From Cenarchaeum sp. (GTDB lineage Archaea; Thermoproteota; Nitrososphaeria; Nitrososphaerales; Nitrosopumilaceae): 64,000 bases of DNA. Positions 9,842 to 20,018 of the stretch are shown here, one piece after another. The notes under the pieces were generated by a model. That model had not been told where the DNA came from, made no database searches, and saw only the letters and a list, made by a program, of their open reading frames with translations. A program made the position numbers and the translations under genes. Location of the stretch: NCBI GenBank assembly GCA_963692915.1, contig OY843584.1, positions 800,001-864,000 on the forward strand, written 5' to 3'. The number at the start of each line of letters is the position of its first letter. The stretch's first letter is position 1.

Positions 9842-11190
9842 TGCGAGGCCTCCCCTAGCGCCTCGATGAGCGCGCCGGCCTTGTGCTCGGTCTCCTGCAG
9901 CTCGCGCTCGGGAACCGAGTCATAGACGATTCCGGCGCCTGACTGCACGTATCCGCTGCCGTTGCCGAGGAACATGCTGCGTATTGCGATCGCAAAGTCG
10001 CACGAGCCGTTGGACGCAAAATAGCCCACGGCGCCGGCATAGCCCCCGCGCGCCCTGCGCTCAAGTGAGGATATTATCTCCATCGCGCGAACCTTTGGGG
10101 CTCCCGTGACCGTGCCGGCCGGAAAGACGGCGCCAAAGGCGTCAAAGGCATCCGAGTCGGCCGCAAGCGTGCCAGTCACGTGTGTGACCATGTGCTGCAC
10201 GTGGCTAAACCTCTTGACTGACATTAGATCCTCGACTTTGACCGAGCCTGCCTTGCAGACGCGTCCAATGTCATTGCGCCCAAGGTCCACCAACATGACG
10301 TGCTCGGCGACCTCCTTTTCATCGTGCGTCATCTCTTCGCCCAGTGCGCCATCGCGCTCGTCGTCCCCCGTGATGGGTCGCGTTCCGGCTATCGGAAATG
10401 TCTCGACACGATCGCCGGTAACGCGCACGAGCATCTCGGGGCTAGCGCCCATGACGGACCTGTTGCGCAGCTTCATGTGATAGAGGTATGGCGACGGGTT
10501 TAGCTCGCGCAGTCTCTCGTACACGCGCATGGGGTCACCGGAGAACTCAAAGCTAAACCTGCGCGAGAGGACGGCCTGGAATATGTCGCCGTCGCGCACG
10601 TGCCCGCGAGCCTTCTCGACGATGCGCTCAAACTCGCCGGCCTCAGGCGCAGCATGCACACGCGAGTGCGAGAACGGCGCGCGTTTGGGCTCGTCGAGGC
10701 CAATCTCGCCAGACCTGTCCTCGCGCGTAAAGAAATAGTACGGCCTGCCCTCGGCGCTGTCAAACAGAATGCCGTCGCTATACACGCCAAACTCCATGAG
10801 CGGCACGTCTCCCCTCGGCGCGAGTCGCCTCTCCCAGAGGCCGACGGCCTCATAGTCCACAATTCCGACGGCACCACCAAGGTAGCGGTACCTCTGCGAG
10901 CGTGTCCTAGGCAGGATTTTGCGCAGCTCGCCTATTGGGTCATCGGTGCAGATGACGCGCTCGGCGCCGTCGCGCCCCTCGATGACGAGCCTGTCAGCAT
11001 ACCCCGTTATCGTCTCGTCGGGATCAAATCCTATTATCGACGTCTCGGCAAGCGTCTCAGGACCGGTCAGAGACTCAAAGAGGAACGCCTGGTCGCAGGA
11101 GGAGGCGACGCGCCGGTATATCTCAAACTGGGTGCCCTCTACCTCAAGGGGTCGTATCTGCGGCTCGGCCATGTCTCCAAAGGTGCCCAC
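9838..11190 (-). CDS. trpE: anthranilate synthase component I
   Basis: NPSPY, ASPE, PIAGT, EHVMLVDLGRND, PAGTVTGAPK. Confidence 0.95.
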   Translation of the reverse strand: MGTFGDMAEPQIRPLEVEGTQFEIYRRVASSCDQAFLFESLTGPETLAETSIIGFDPDETITGYADRLVIEGRDGAERVICTDDPIGELRKILPRTRSQRYRYLGGAVGIVDYEAVGLWERRLAPRGDVPLMEFGVYSDGILFDSAEGRPYYFFTREDRSGEIGLDEPKRAPFSHSRVHAAPEAGEFERIVEKARGHVRDGDIFQAVLSRRFSFEFSGDPMRVYERLRELNPSPYLYHMKLRNRSVMGASPEMLVRVTGDRVETFPIAGTRPITGDDERDGALGEEMTHDEKEVAEHVMLVDLGRNDIGRVCKAGSVKVEDLMSVKRFSHVQHMVTHVTGTLAADSDAFDAFGAVFPAGTVTGAPKVRAMEIISSLERRARGGYAGAVGYFASNGSCDFAIAIRSMFLGNGSGYVQSGAGIVYDSVPERELQETEHKAGALIEALGEASQ

Positions 11191-11304
11191 CCATGCGATC
11201 CATCACATGGTCATCGGTATTTAAGGGTGGCTAGGCGTCAGGTGCGTCTAGGCGTGCTGGCACCCTCTGAATGATATTTATAGTACCGTACTATACCTGC
11301 TGCC

Positions 11305-11412
11305 ATGCTCAAGTGTGAGTACTGTGAGGGCAACTTTGCGGTGAGCCAGATCGGCCTCGCCGAGAAGCTCCTTCACAAGATTGTCCAGCATCCGGACGAC
11401 ATAAACAGGTAG
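11305..11412 (+). CDS. 35-aa putative zinc-finger microprotein (not in ORF track)
   Basis: MLKCEYCEGNFAVSQIGLAEKLLHKIVQHPDDINR; TATA-like gatatttata ~25 nt upstream; T-run just downstream. Confidence 0.65.
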   Translation: MLKCEYCEGNFAVSQIGLAEKLLHKIVQHPDDINR

Positions 11413-11474
11413 CGCCACGGCGTAGTTTTTTTACCATCTCCTTTTTTATTCCCCCCTTTTTGGAGCGTGTCACG

Positions 11475-13022
11475 ATGGCGACAAGGACGCTCAAAAAAGC
11501 AACCCCCAAGAGGGCCGCCACGGCAGCCCGAAAGGCGGCAAAGCCCAAGGCGGCGCCCAGAAAGCCGGCCGTCAAAAAGGCGGCCTCCAAGAGGGCAGCC
11601 ACGGCCAAGCCCAAGGCTGCGCCCAAAAAGCCGGCCGTCAAAAAGGCGGTGACCAAAAAGGCGCCCTCGAGGACCACGGCAGCGAGCGCACGAACACTAG
11701 AGGCCCTGGCAAAAAAGGTCACGGCCGTCTCAAAGGACACGCATGCGCTCTCTGGTGACCTCAGGTCGATGGCCAAGATATTCGGAGACAACCAAAAGAT
11801 ACTCGTCTCGATGAAGGGCGTCATGGAGGAGATCGCCGACGCGCTAGACGCAATCCAAAAGCAGTCAAAGAGGATCGGCTCACTAGAGACTGACACGCAG
11901 AAAATCTTTGCAGGCATTGGCGAGATGCGCGCGCACGCGCGAATCATAGCAAAGCTTGACTCACAGTCCACAAAGATGGAAGAGACAGTTCGCGGGATCA
12001 AGGAGCGCTCTGACTCGGCAAGTGGGCTAGATGAGATATCCAAAAAGGTCGACGAGAGTTTTGGCTCCATAAAGAACAACTCGGAGATGATAATCAAGAT
12101 CGGCAGGCACATCGACGGCATGCGAGAGGACATTGGCGGCCTCTCGACGCGAGCCTCATCAGTAGAGTCGGTTCAGGACGATCTCGCGAGGCTAAAGGCG
12201 CTCTTTGAGGAGGCCCAGGCAAGCCATTCTGGTGACGCCGACCTTGCCGCCGAGCTGGGCGCGATGTCAAAAAAGGTCTCCGAGCTATCGCAGCTTCCCT
12301 CAGATGTGGGCGCGCTGAATAGGAGGCTCGAGGAGATCTCTGGCGCCTCGGGCACGCTCGGGCCCATCGTCGAGGAGCTCAGGGAGCAGGTCTCGCGTGT
12401 GGCCGAACGCGCAAGCGCAGGCTCGGGGGACATCGAGTCGGTTCGCGCCGAGTTCTCCACGATGCGCGAGGAGGTCACAGGGCGTGCAGGGCGCCTAGAG
12501 TCCGGCATCGCCTCAGTCACCGACGCGCTAGGGCGCTCAGAGGGCGCTGTCGCCGAGGTCCACAAAAAGGCAGACGCGCTCTTTGAGGAGGTGCGTGCAC
12601 TGCGTGGCGAGGGCCAAAAGGCGGCAGGATCGTCATCAAGTGAGATAATGGCCCTGTTGCGCCTTTCTGAGTACCAGTCCGGCGTGCGCATGGTCGCCGA
12701 GTCAAAATACGGCGAGGTCTCTGACCTTGAGCGCATGGCCTCACAGACAGTCGACGTGCTAAACGTCTTTGACAGGCTAGCCGTGGAGACGGGCTCGGAG
12801 GTTCGCCTCCCTCACGGCGTGAGGCAGTGGGCAGTCTCAAAGATACTAGAGTGCGCCGACAGGTGGGAGATACGCTTCTCAGACGTCCTAGGTGTACTGC
12901 GCGACAAGCTTGGCGTCACGCTCCTAAAGGAGGCAGTCAGGATGAGCCAGGTTCGCGAGGTTTACGGCACGCGCGCAGTAGATGAGCTCGAGGGCATTCT
13001 CGCCGAGCACGCCGGCTCCTAG
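11475..13022 (+). CDS. long coiled-coil protein with Lys/Ala/Pro-rich N-terminal tail
   Basis: KAAPKKPAVKK repeats, then heptad-rich helix and a globular C-terminus (WAVSKILECADRWEIRF). Confidence 0.75.
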   Translation: MATRTLKKATPKRAATAARKAAKPKAAPRKPAVKKAASKRAATAKPKAAPKKPAVKKAVTKKAPSRTTAASARTLEALAKKVTAVSKDTHALSGDLRSMAKIFGDNQKILVSMKGVMEEIADALDAIQKQSKRIGSLETDTQKIFAGIGEMRAHARIIAKLDSQSTKMEETVRGIKERSDSASGLDEISKKVDESFGSIKNNSEMIIKIGRHIDGMREDIGGLSTRASSVESVQDDLARLKALFEEAQASHSGDADLAAELGAMSKKVSELSQLPSDVGALNRRLEEISGASGTLGPIVEELREQVSRVAERASAGSGDIESVRAEFSTMREEVTGRAGRLESGIASVTDALGRSEGAVAEVHKKADALFEEVRALRGEGQKAAGSSSSEIMALLRLSEYQSGVRMVAESKYGEVSDLERMASQTVDVLNVFDRLAVETGSEVRLPHGVRQWAVSKILECADRWEIRFSDVLGVLRDKLGVTLLKEAVRMSQVREVYGTRAVDELEGILAEHAGS

Positions 13023-15007
13023 GCTTCGCGCTCGAGCTGTGACTTTTTGCGCTTTAGTGCCGTGAACACAACGAGGAGTCCGGCGATCCAGACGCATGCG
13101 AGGAGGATGTTCGTGATGCTCACGTACATGTAGGGCGTCGCGTTCACAATGTTCTCGCGTATCTCTAGCGCACTCTCCCTTATGCTCGACATGCCCGTAT
13201 GGTATGCAGCACTTGACGTGTCAGCCGAGCCAAGCGAGTCTGCAGTCTGGCGCATCTGCACAAGGGCCGCCTGCATGAGCGCAAAGTCCGTCTCGGCAGT
13301 CGGGAATATCCACACGGGGTTGCCCTCCTCGGGCAGCGCGCCGGCGGCCATGCTCACCATCTCGGAGACCTGTCCCGGAGCCGTCTCGCGCGCAATGTCG
13401 CTCAGGTACCCGCGCGAGAGGTCTAGCGGATAGACTGTTGTGCGGTATCCCTCAAATGAGGCCACGCCGCCGACTATGATGATTGCGATGATGCCCACTA
13501 GTGCCATAGTGTAGGGTCGATTTGCCATCCTCTCGCGTCGGCTCGCCGGTGCTGCTCTTTTAAATCTTGAATGCGCCAGGCTATAGCCGGCCACATACAT
13601 GAATCCGGCCGTCTGTATGCCGATTATCGGGACAAAGACGGGCTGCGAGGAGAATATGGCCACAAAGATGCCCATGACGCCATAGACGGCAAAGAATATC
13701 TCCAAGAGTGTCGTCTTTGTGAAGGGCAGGTTGTACTCCTTGCCACGCCACTCATCAGCAGTGCCCTTGATCCCGTGCTTTGGAGTCCTGAGGAACTCGC
13801 TCCTCTTGCCAAATATCGCGTCCATCACGGCGACTGTGTTAGTCACTGCCATCCCCGCGCTGTAGATAAAGAGGGCCGGCAGGACACGGGCCTTTTTTGC
13901 CCACGACTCGCCATACATGCTCTGAACGACCATGACGTAGGCTGCCGGCCCGAGCGCAAGGTACGCCGCTATCGTTATGGCCGGCAGGCCAACGGCATAG
14001 AGGTTGACGTTGGCCATGAGAAGTATTGGCAGCGCGAGGAATTGGACGAGTGTGAGCGGAAAGACGATGTGGCGAGTCAGCTGCACGAACGCCTGCAGCT
14101 TTGTGCTTAGCGCTATCCCACGCCGCGCGACGATTTCCGTGAGGAGCTTTACTGCGCACTGGATCGAGCCCTTTGCCCACCTGAACTGTTGCCTCTTTAC
14201 TGCGTTCATCTGCGCTGGCAGCTCGGCGTCAACTACGACGTCGGGGAGGAATATGCACCTCCAGCCGCGCATCTGCGCGCGATAGCTGAGGTCAAGGTCC
14301 TCGACTAGCGTCGCGTCATGCCATCCACCCGCGTCGACGATGCACTCGCGCCGCCATATTCCGGCGGTCCCGTTAAAGTTCATGAACAGGCCAGAGTCGC
14401 TCTTTGCGCGCTGCTCGACAAGAAAGTGTATGTCGAGGCTTATGGCCTGCACGCGCGTTATCGACGAGTACCCCTCGTTAAGGTGTCCCCACCTGCACTG
14501 CACAAAGCCGATCTCGGGGCGCGTAAACTGTGGTATTGCGCGGCGCAGGAACCACGGTGGCGGCACAAAGTCCGCATCAAATATGGCCACGAGATCCGAT
14601 GTCGTGGACTTCATCGCGTGGCGGAGCGCGCCGGCCTTGTAGCCCTTTCGTGAGTCACGGCGGACGTGCTCGATGTCCGTGCCAGACTCGCGCCACGTCC
14701 TGACCATGTCTCCCACGAGGGCAGTCGTGTCATCATCCGAGTCATCAAGGACCATTATGTGCAGTCGGTCGCGGGGATAGTCGAGCCTGCAGACGGCATC
14801 TATTAGGCGCGCGGCGACATACTTTTCATTGTATATTGGCAGGTGAACCGTCACGCTAGGCTCGTCATCCGAGTCTAGCACGGCAGCGGGGCGCCGGCGG
14901 CTAGAGATTATGGCGAGGTAGTAAAAGTTCATCGTGTACGCCATGATAAGCACGGCTGACACGATAAAGAGGTCAAAGACCAGCTGCGTTAGGGGATTTG
15001 AGGCCAC
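13019..15007 (-). CDS. membrane GT2 processive glycosyltransferase (cellulose synthase-like/CslA-type)
   Basis: GYKAGAL, FDAD, VEDLD, QQFRW motifs; multiple TM helices. Confidence 0.9.
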   Translation of the reverse strand: MASNPLTQLVFDLFIVSAVLIMAYTMNFYYLAIISSRRRPAAVLDSDDEPSVTVHLPIYNEKYVAARLIDAVCRLDYPRDRLHIMVLDDSDDDTTALVGDMVRTWRESGTDIEHVRRDSRKGYKAGALRHAMKSTTSDLVAIFDADFVPPPWFLRRAIPQFTRPEIGFVQCRWGHLNEGYSSITRVQAISLDIHFLVEQRAKSDSGLFMNFNGTAGIWRRECIVDAGGWHDATLVEDLDLSYRAQMRGWRCIFLPDVVVDAELPAQMNAVKRQQFRWAKGSIQCAVKLLTEIVARRGIALSTKLQAFVQLTRHIVFPLTLVQFLALPILLMANVNLYAVGLPAITIAAYLALGPAAYVMVVQSMYGESWAKKARVLPALFIYSAGMAVTNTVAVMDAIFGKRSEFLRTPKHGIKGTADEWRGKEYNLPFTKTTLLEIFFAVYGVMGIFVAIFSSQPVFVPIIGIQTAGFMYVAGYSLAHSRFKRAAPASRRERMANRPYTMALVGIIAIIIVGGVASFEGYRTTVYPLDLSRGYLSDIARETAPGQVSEMVSMAAGALPEEGNPVWIFPTAETDFALMQAALVQMRQTADSLGSADTSSAAYHTGMSSIRESALEIRENIVNATPYMYVSITNILLACVWIAGLLVVFTALKRKKSQLEREA

Positions 15008-15053
15008 GTGCCACAGGCTGCCGGTCCGCTCACTTATAATCTAGCGCACAGGA

Positions 15054-16013
15054 CTAGGACTTCATCTCGAAGATCTTTATCGCCTTTGGGGGGCAGACGC
15101 CCTCGCAAGCGAGGCAGAATATACAGTCAGGCTCCTTTGACATTAGCGGCTTTTTCCCTGACGCTGCGTTGCCCGGCGTGTCAAACCACTCGTACACGTC
15201 AACGGGGCATGCGTCAATGCACGCGCCGTCTGCAACGCATATGTCAAAGTCAACGGAGACGAACTCGCCCCAGACGCCCATCACCGCATTGTCATCACCC
15301 TTGCGACCCCACGTCTTTATCGTGTGCTCGCCGTCGGCTACCTTGTACGGCGAGGATGCGGGCATGTGCGACTTGTATTCAATGTCTATGGGGCCAGGCT
15401 TTGCGCCTTCAGGAACCTCGACTGCGAGCTCGACTGCCGGAGCCGGCGTGCCGTCAGCTGCTGCAGGTGCCGGAGCGACTGGCTTTGGCTTGCCGCCGGG
15501 AACAATCTTTGCGAGTGGCGTCATCTCCTCGAGCCTCGATATCGCCTCGGCCTTTGTGACCTTTTCGGACTTTGCGAGCGACTCGACCATCTTGTCGGCC
15601 ACGATGGTGTTGCGCATGATCGTGTCTATGACCATCTTTGCGTAATGGTCTGCCTTTTTGCGATAGTCCGTGACCCATTGCGGGTCGCCAAACTTTTCGA
15701 GCGGAAAGACCTGGTATATGATGTCAGTCACCTCGCCGGTGACTATCTCGACTGTGACTGACAGGTCGACTGACTCGGAGTCCTCCCCGTCACGCCTCTC
15801 GGTCCACGAGTGCGTCGCGTAGATGCGGTCTGCATACGTGTCCATGTCGAACGTCTTTTTGAGGCCGTCAGTGATCGACTTTATCTCGGCGGGCTCGTCG
15901 ATCTTTACGGGCAGGCGATAGAGGCCTAGCTTGTAGCCGTGGAGTGGATAGACGCCGCGCTTGGCAGTGGCCGCCTCCATGGTGTAAACTCTGTCCTTTA
16001 GGAGCAGTGACAC
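15054..16013 (-). CDS. ferredoxin-domain protein (C-terminal Zfx-like 7Fe ferredoxin)
   Basis: CVADGACIDACP and CIFCLACEGVCP; long N-terminal domain and Pro/Ala linker. Confidence 0.85.
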   Translation of the reverse strand: MSLLLKDRVYTMEAATAKRGVYPLHGYKLGLYRLPVKIDEPAEIKSITDGLKKTFDMDTYADRIYATHSWTERRDGEDSESVDLSVTVEIVTGEVTDIIYQVFPLEKFGDPQWVTDYRKKADHYAKMVIDTIMRNTIVADKMVESLAKSEKVTKAEAISRLEEMTPLAKIVPGGKPKPVAPAPAAADGTPAPAVELAVEVPEGAKPGPIDIEYKSHMPASSPYKVADGEHTIKTWGRKGDDNAVMGVWGEFVSVDFDICVADGACIDACPVDVYEWFDTPGNAASGKKPLMSKEPDCIFCLACEGVCPPKAIKIFEMKS

Positions 16014-16218
16014 TGGCAGGGCGCACCGTGGGTTTGCTTAAAAACCTTCTCGGAGGTACGCGCCGAGGGCGCCTAGATCGCAAGGAGGCGAAATGGCCGG
16101 GCAGTGGGCGCACCGAACAGGGCGTGAGCAGGGCCGGCATCGGTATGCTTTTGGTATGTCAGGTCACACTCGTCATTTCCGGAAAATGGCTGCAGGCCGC
16201 AACAGATGGGCAGCGGCG

Positions 16219-17742
16219 CTAGACATAGTCGTCAAGCGAGTTGTCCGACTTGCGCCGTGGAGGTGAGCGCGTGGCCGGCCTTGCCGGCCGCCTCTCTATG
16301 CTCATGCCCACACGTGCGGCGGCCTTGATCTTTTTCTTGCCTATCCAGTGGTATGCGACGTCGATCGTCCCCTTTGTGACCAGGCTGACGAGGCGACCTG
16401 CGCTGTGCCTGCCCGTGCGCCCGCGCCGCTGCACGTAGCGTATCGAGCTTGGGACGCTGTCATAGAACACGACGAGGTTGACTGCAGAGATGTCAAGGCC
16501 CTCCTCGCCCACGCGTGTCGTGACGAGAACGCGGTACTCGTCGGCGCGAAACCTCGCGACAGTCTCGACTTGCTTTTTCTGCTTTAGTCCGGCCTCGCCG
16601 GCCTTGCCTATTAGCATCTCGGCGTCAATCCCATTCTCGACAAGCTTGTCACGTATAACCTCCACAGAGTCGCGATAGCTAGAGAACACTATTGCCTTGT
16701 CATCAGATTTCGAGAGTAGCTCGAGGAGCCGCGCCATCTTTGGGTGCTCCATGCCGCTCTTTTGGAGGACGCGCGCACGCGCGACTGCTGCTGAAAAATT
16801 TGGATCATCCTCCATGAGCGCCTTGGCGCCGGCGTTCTTTTTTGCTGCGCGCTCGCAAAAGCGCAGGAATGTCGTCGTTCCGTGGGCCTCGAACATGTTG
16901 AGCGAGTACGTTATGCGTATTGCCGAAAAGAGCGGCTTTATGGCGTTCTTGCGGTGCGATAGGACAAACTGGCGCAGGCGCAAAAGGGCAGAGAGCGACT
17001 TGGTTGAGCCGGTGTCTAGCCCGAGCGCCTTTAGTGCCGCATAGCGTTCGGCGAGTGCCTTTTTGATCAGCGACTGGATCTCGAGCATCGTGGCCGGAAG
17101 CTCTAGCATTATGACATCTGTGTCCGTCTTTTGGATGTATTTTTTGACGTCGGCGCTGGACTCGGAGCGCGTCTCCACGCTCTGCGCGCCTAGCGCATCG
17201 ACTATCTCGTTGACCTTGGCGCGCTCGGCCGGAAGCGTTGCAGTCATTCCAACTAGGCGCGCCGTGGTGCCAGAGAACGCCGACGCTATTGCCGTGTACG
17301 CATAGTTGCCGACTGCCCTGTGCGCCTCGTCAAATATGACGAGGCCAAAGTCCCCTGGCGATATGACGCCACGGACCAGGTCGTTTTGCGCAATCTCCGG
17401 AGTAGCGCACACGACGCTGTTGAACCAGAGCTTTGAGCGCCGCTTTGGCGCCTCCTCGCCGGTCACAAGCGAGATGTCCTCGATGGTCAGGTGCTCCATC
17501 ATGAACCTGCGGTGCTGCTCGGCGAGAACGCGCGTTGGCGCTAGCATGAGCGAGACGCCGCGCGCGCGCTCGAGGAACCCTGCGATGAGCTGCAGCGCAA
17601 CGGCCGTCTTGCCAAGGCCGGTGGGCAGGACCAGGATGCAGTTCTCTGATTCGGCATGGCGCGCGAGGCTGACCTGATAGTCGCGAACCTCGAGGGTGCC
17701 CTGCCTGATGTAGCGTCCCTCCAGGTATTCAGGCTCCCCCAC
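16219..17742 (-). CDS. Hef/FANCM-like DEAH helicase (helicase domain only)
   Basis: RDYQ, LPTGLGKT, FDEAH, TAT, GEEGLDI, QRRGRTGR. Confidence 0.9.
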   Translation of the reverse strand: MGEPEYLEGRYIRQGTLEVRDYQVSLARHAESENCILVLPTGLGKTAVALQLIAGFLERARGVSLMLAPTRVLAEQHRRFMMEHLTIEDISLVTGEEAPKRRSKLWFNSVVCATPEIAQNDLVRGVISPGDFGLVIFDEAHRAVGNYAYTAIASAFSGTTARLVGMTATLPAERAKVNEIVDALGAQSVETRSESSADVKKYIQKTDTDVIMLELPATMLEIQSLIKKALAERYAALKALGLDTGSTKSLSALLRLRQFVLSHRKNAIKPLFSAIRITYSLNMFEAHGTTTFLRFCERAAKKNAGAKALMEDDPNFSAAVARARVLQKSGMEHPKMARLLELLSKSDDKAIVFSSYRDSVEVIRDKLVENGIDAEMLIGKAGEAGLKQKKQVETVARFRADEYRVLVTTRVGEEGLDISAVNLVVFYDSVPSSIRYVQRRGRTGRHSAGRLVSLVTKGTIDVAYHWIGKKKIKAAARVGMSIERRPARPATRSPPRRKSDNSLDDYV

Positions 17743-17828
17743 GCGAGCCGCGCCGGGCCTGCGCGCTTTTAAAGATGGCCATGGTTCCCCCAAAACCAAT
17801 ATTTACACGGGTGCCCCTGATGCGCCCC

Positions 17829-18353
17829 ATGGAGCACGAGCGGCCCACGTGGGACGAGTACTTTATGCTCCAGGCCGAGCTTGCCAAGCTGCGCTCCAAC
17901 TGTATGGCAAAGCGCGTCGGCGCCGTCATAGTCAGGGACAACAGGCAGCTCGCCACCGGATACAACGGGACGCCTCCCGGCGTCAGGAACTGCTACGAGG
18001 GCGGTTGCGCGCGCTGCACCGAGCGCGTCGAGGGCAAGATAGCCTCTGGTGAGGCCCTAGAGCGCTGCCTCTGCAACCATGCCGAGGCCAATGCGATAAT
18101 GCACTGCGCGATACTCGGAATCGGAACCGGCCGGTCCGGCACGTCGCTCTACTCGACGATGGTTCCGTGCCTAGAGTGCACAAAGATGGCAGTGACTGTG
18201 GGCGTTGTCAGGATCGTCTGTGTCGAGGGGTATGCCGAGTCTGACATGGGACTCCTCGCCGACGCGCGCGTCGAGGTCGTCCGCATGGACGCTAGGCGCG
18301 TCGAGCGCTGGGCAAGGGAGCTCGTGGCCGAGTATGGCGCAAAAAAGTCTTAA
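17829..18353 (+). CDS. dCMP deaminase (ComEB family)
   Basis: WDEYFM, TGYNG, HAEAN, PCLEC. Confidence 0.92.
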   Translation: MEHERPTWDEYFMLQAELAKLRSNCMAKRVGAVIVRDNRQLATGYNGTPPGVRNCYEGGCARCTERVEGKIASGEALERCLCNHAEANAIMHCAILGIGTGRSGTSLYSTMVPCLECTKMAVTVGVVRIVCVEGYAESDMGLLADARVEVVRMDARRVERWARELVAEYGAKKS

Positions 18354-18378
18354 AGCCCCCGGTTCGCGCGCGAGGCGC

Positions 18379-18783
18379 ATGGCAAAAGACCGCCGGATAA
18401 AGATACTCGTCGCAAAGATGGGCCTTGACGGCCACGACAGGGGCGCGATGGTTCTCTGCCGCGCGTTTCGTGACGCCGGAATGGAGGTAATCTACTCTGG
18501 CCTCTTTGCGACGCCAAAGCGCGTGGCGCAGATAGCCGAGGACGAGGACGTCGATGCCATAGCGATGAGCCTCCTCAACGGCGCGCACAATACGCTCTTT
18601 CCGCGCGTCGTGAGCGAGCTCGGCAAGAAGGGCATGCGCAACGTCCTCGTCATGGGCGGCGGGATAATACCCGAGTCTGACAGGGGCGCACTGGAGAAGC
18701 GCGGGCTAAATGGCGTCTTTGGTCCGGGAACGCCCTTGCCTGGAATCATAGAGCACATACAAAAGAACGTAAAAAAGCGCTAG
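18379..18783 (+). CDS. methylmalonyl-CoA mutase small (cobalamin-binding) subunit
   Basis: KMGLDGHDRG B12-binding motif, GGGIIP. Confidence 0.93.
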   Translation: MAKDRRIKILVAKMGLDGHDRGAMVLCRAFRDAGMEVIYSGLFATPKRVAQIAEDEDVDAIAMSLLNGAHNTLFPRVVSELGKKGMRNVLVMGGGIIPESDRGALEKRGLNGVFGPGTPLPGIIEHIQKNVKKR

Positions 18784-18785
18784 GT

Positions 18786-19784
18786 CTACTCGGTCGAGTC
18801 TGGCCACATCATCTTGCGCATGCGCCGGCCGACCTCCTCGATCTGGTGTGAATCCAATGCCTTCATGTGAGACTCGAATGAGTCCTTGCCGCCAGACGCG
18901 TATGCCGACACCCATTCAGAGTTGAACGTGCCGTCGCGTATCTCGCCGAGAACGCCGGCCATGCGCTCCTTTGCCTGCGCGTCGATCACGCGAGGCCCGC
19001 GCGTGAGGCCTCCGTATCGTGCCGTCTCGCTGACGCGCCTGTACATTCCGGCGACGCCATAGCGCTGAATCATGTCAACGATGAGCTTTAGCTCGTGGAG
19101 AACCTCAAAGTATGCTATCTCGGGCTGGTATCCGGCCTCAACTAGCGTCTCAAACGCATTGATGACCATCGAGGCCGAGCCTCCGCACAGGTCTGCCTGC
19201 TCGCCAAACCAGTCAGTCTCGACCTCCTCCTGAAACGTCGTGCGTATGACTCCTGCGCGCGTGCTGCCGATCGCCTTTGCCAGGGCAAGCGTGCGATCCC
19301 ACGCGTTGCCGGTGTGGTCCTGGTGGACCGCAACGATTGACGGCGTGCCAAACCCATCAAGGTACGTCTCGCGAACCTTGGAACCGGGCCCCTTTGGCGC
19401 CACCATGATAACGTCAATGTCAGACGGCACGTCTATCCACTTCCAGTGGATCGCCGCCGCGTGCGAAAAGGATAGCGCGTTGCCTGCAGAGAGTCCCTGT
19501 GCAATCTCCTCGCCGTACACCTTGGCCTGGACCATATCCGGTATGAGGACGTGGATGACGTCCGCTGCGGCGCACGCCTCGCGCACGCCCATGACCGTGT
19601 GGCCGTCAGCAGTCGCCTTTTTCCAGCTCGCCCCGCCCTCCTTTAGGCCCACAATGACGTCTAGTCCAGAGTCCTTCATGTTGTTGGCCTGCGCGTCGCC
19701 CTGTATGCCATATCCGATAACTGCGACCTTTTGGCCCTTGAGCGGCTCGAGGCTAGTGTCTGCGTCTCCCCAGGTCTGCACCAT
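18786..19784 (-). CDS. ilvC: ketol-acid reductoisomerase
   Basis: IGYGIQGDAQA, APKGPG, ETDWFGEQ. Confidence 0.96.
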   Translation of the reverse strand: MVQTWGDADTSLEPLKGQKVAVIGYGIQGDAQANNMKDSGLDVIVGLKEGGASWKKATADGHTVMGVREACAAADVIHVLIPDMVQAKVYGEEIAQGLSAGNALSFSHAAAIHWKWIDVPSDIDVIMVAPKGPGSKVRETYLDGFGTPSIVAVHQDHTGNAWDRTLALAKAIGSTRAGVIRTTFQEEVETDWFGEQADLCGGSASMVINAFETLVEAGYQPEIAYFEVLHELKLIVDMIQRYGVAGMYRRVSETARYGGLTRGPRVIDAQAKERMAGVLGEIRDGTFNSEWVSAYASGGKDSFESHMKALDSHQIEEVGRRMRKMMWPDSTE

Positions 19785-19877
19785 TTCAGGGCATGCTCCA
19801 TTATGCGCAAATATTAACCAATGAGCGTGCCATGGGCCATCACTATTTATAAAGACGCTTAGTCTCGCTGTTTCCTG

Positions 19878-19982
19878 ATGAGCGAGGACGAGTCTGATGG
19901 TAAGGCAGAGGCAGCCGAGCCAAAGGAGCCAAAGAAAAAGCCGATTAAGCTGGAGTTCGGCGGCAGCATGCGCTACAATTGA
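19878..19982 (+). CDS. 34-aa peptide (paralog at 41339-41443, - strand)
   Basis: MSEDESDGKAEAAEPKEPKKKPIKLEFGGSMRYN; TATA tatttataa upstream; length and stop conserved in the second copy. Confidence 0.6.
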   Translation: MSEDESDGKAEAAEPKEPKKKPIKLEFGGSMRYN

Positions 19983-20018
19983 CACAAAATTCCCGAGCAG
20001 TGTCCCGGAGGCGCATAG

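Noticed and set aside
16219-17742. Hef lacking the ERCC4 nuclease, read as a pseudogene
   Set aside because: All helicase motifs are intact, and helicase-only Hef with a separate XPF occurs in archaea.
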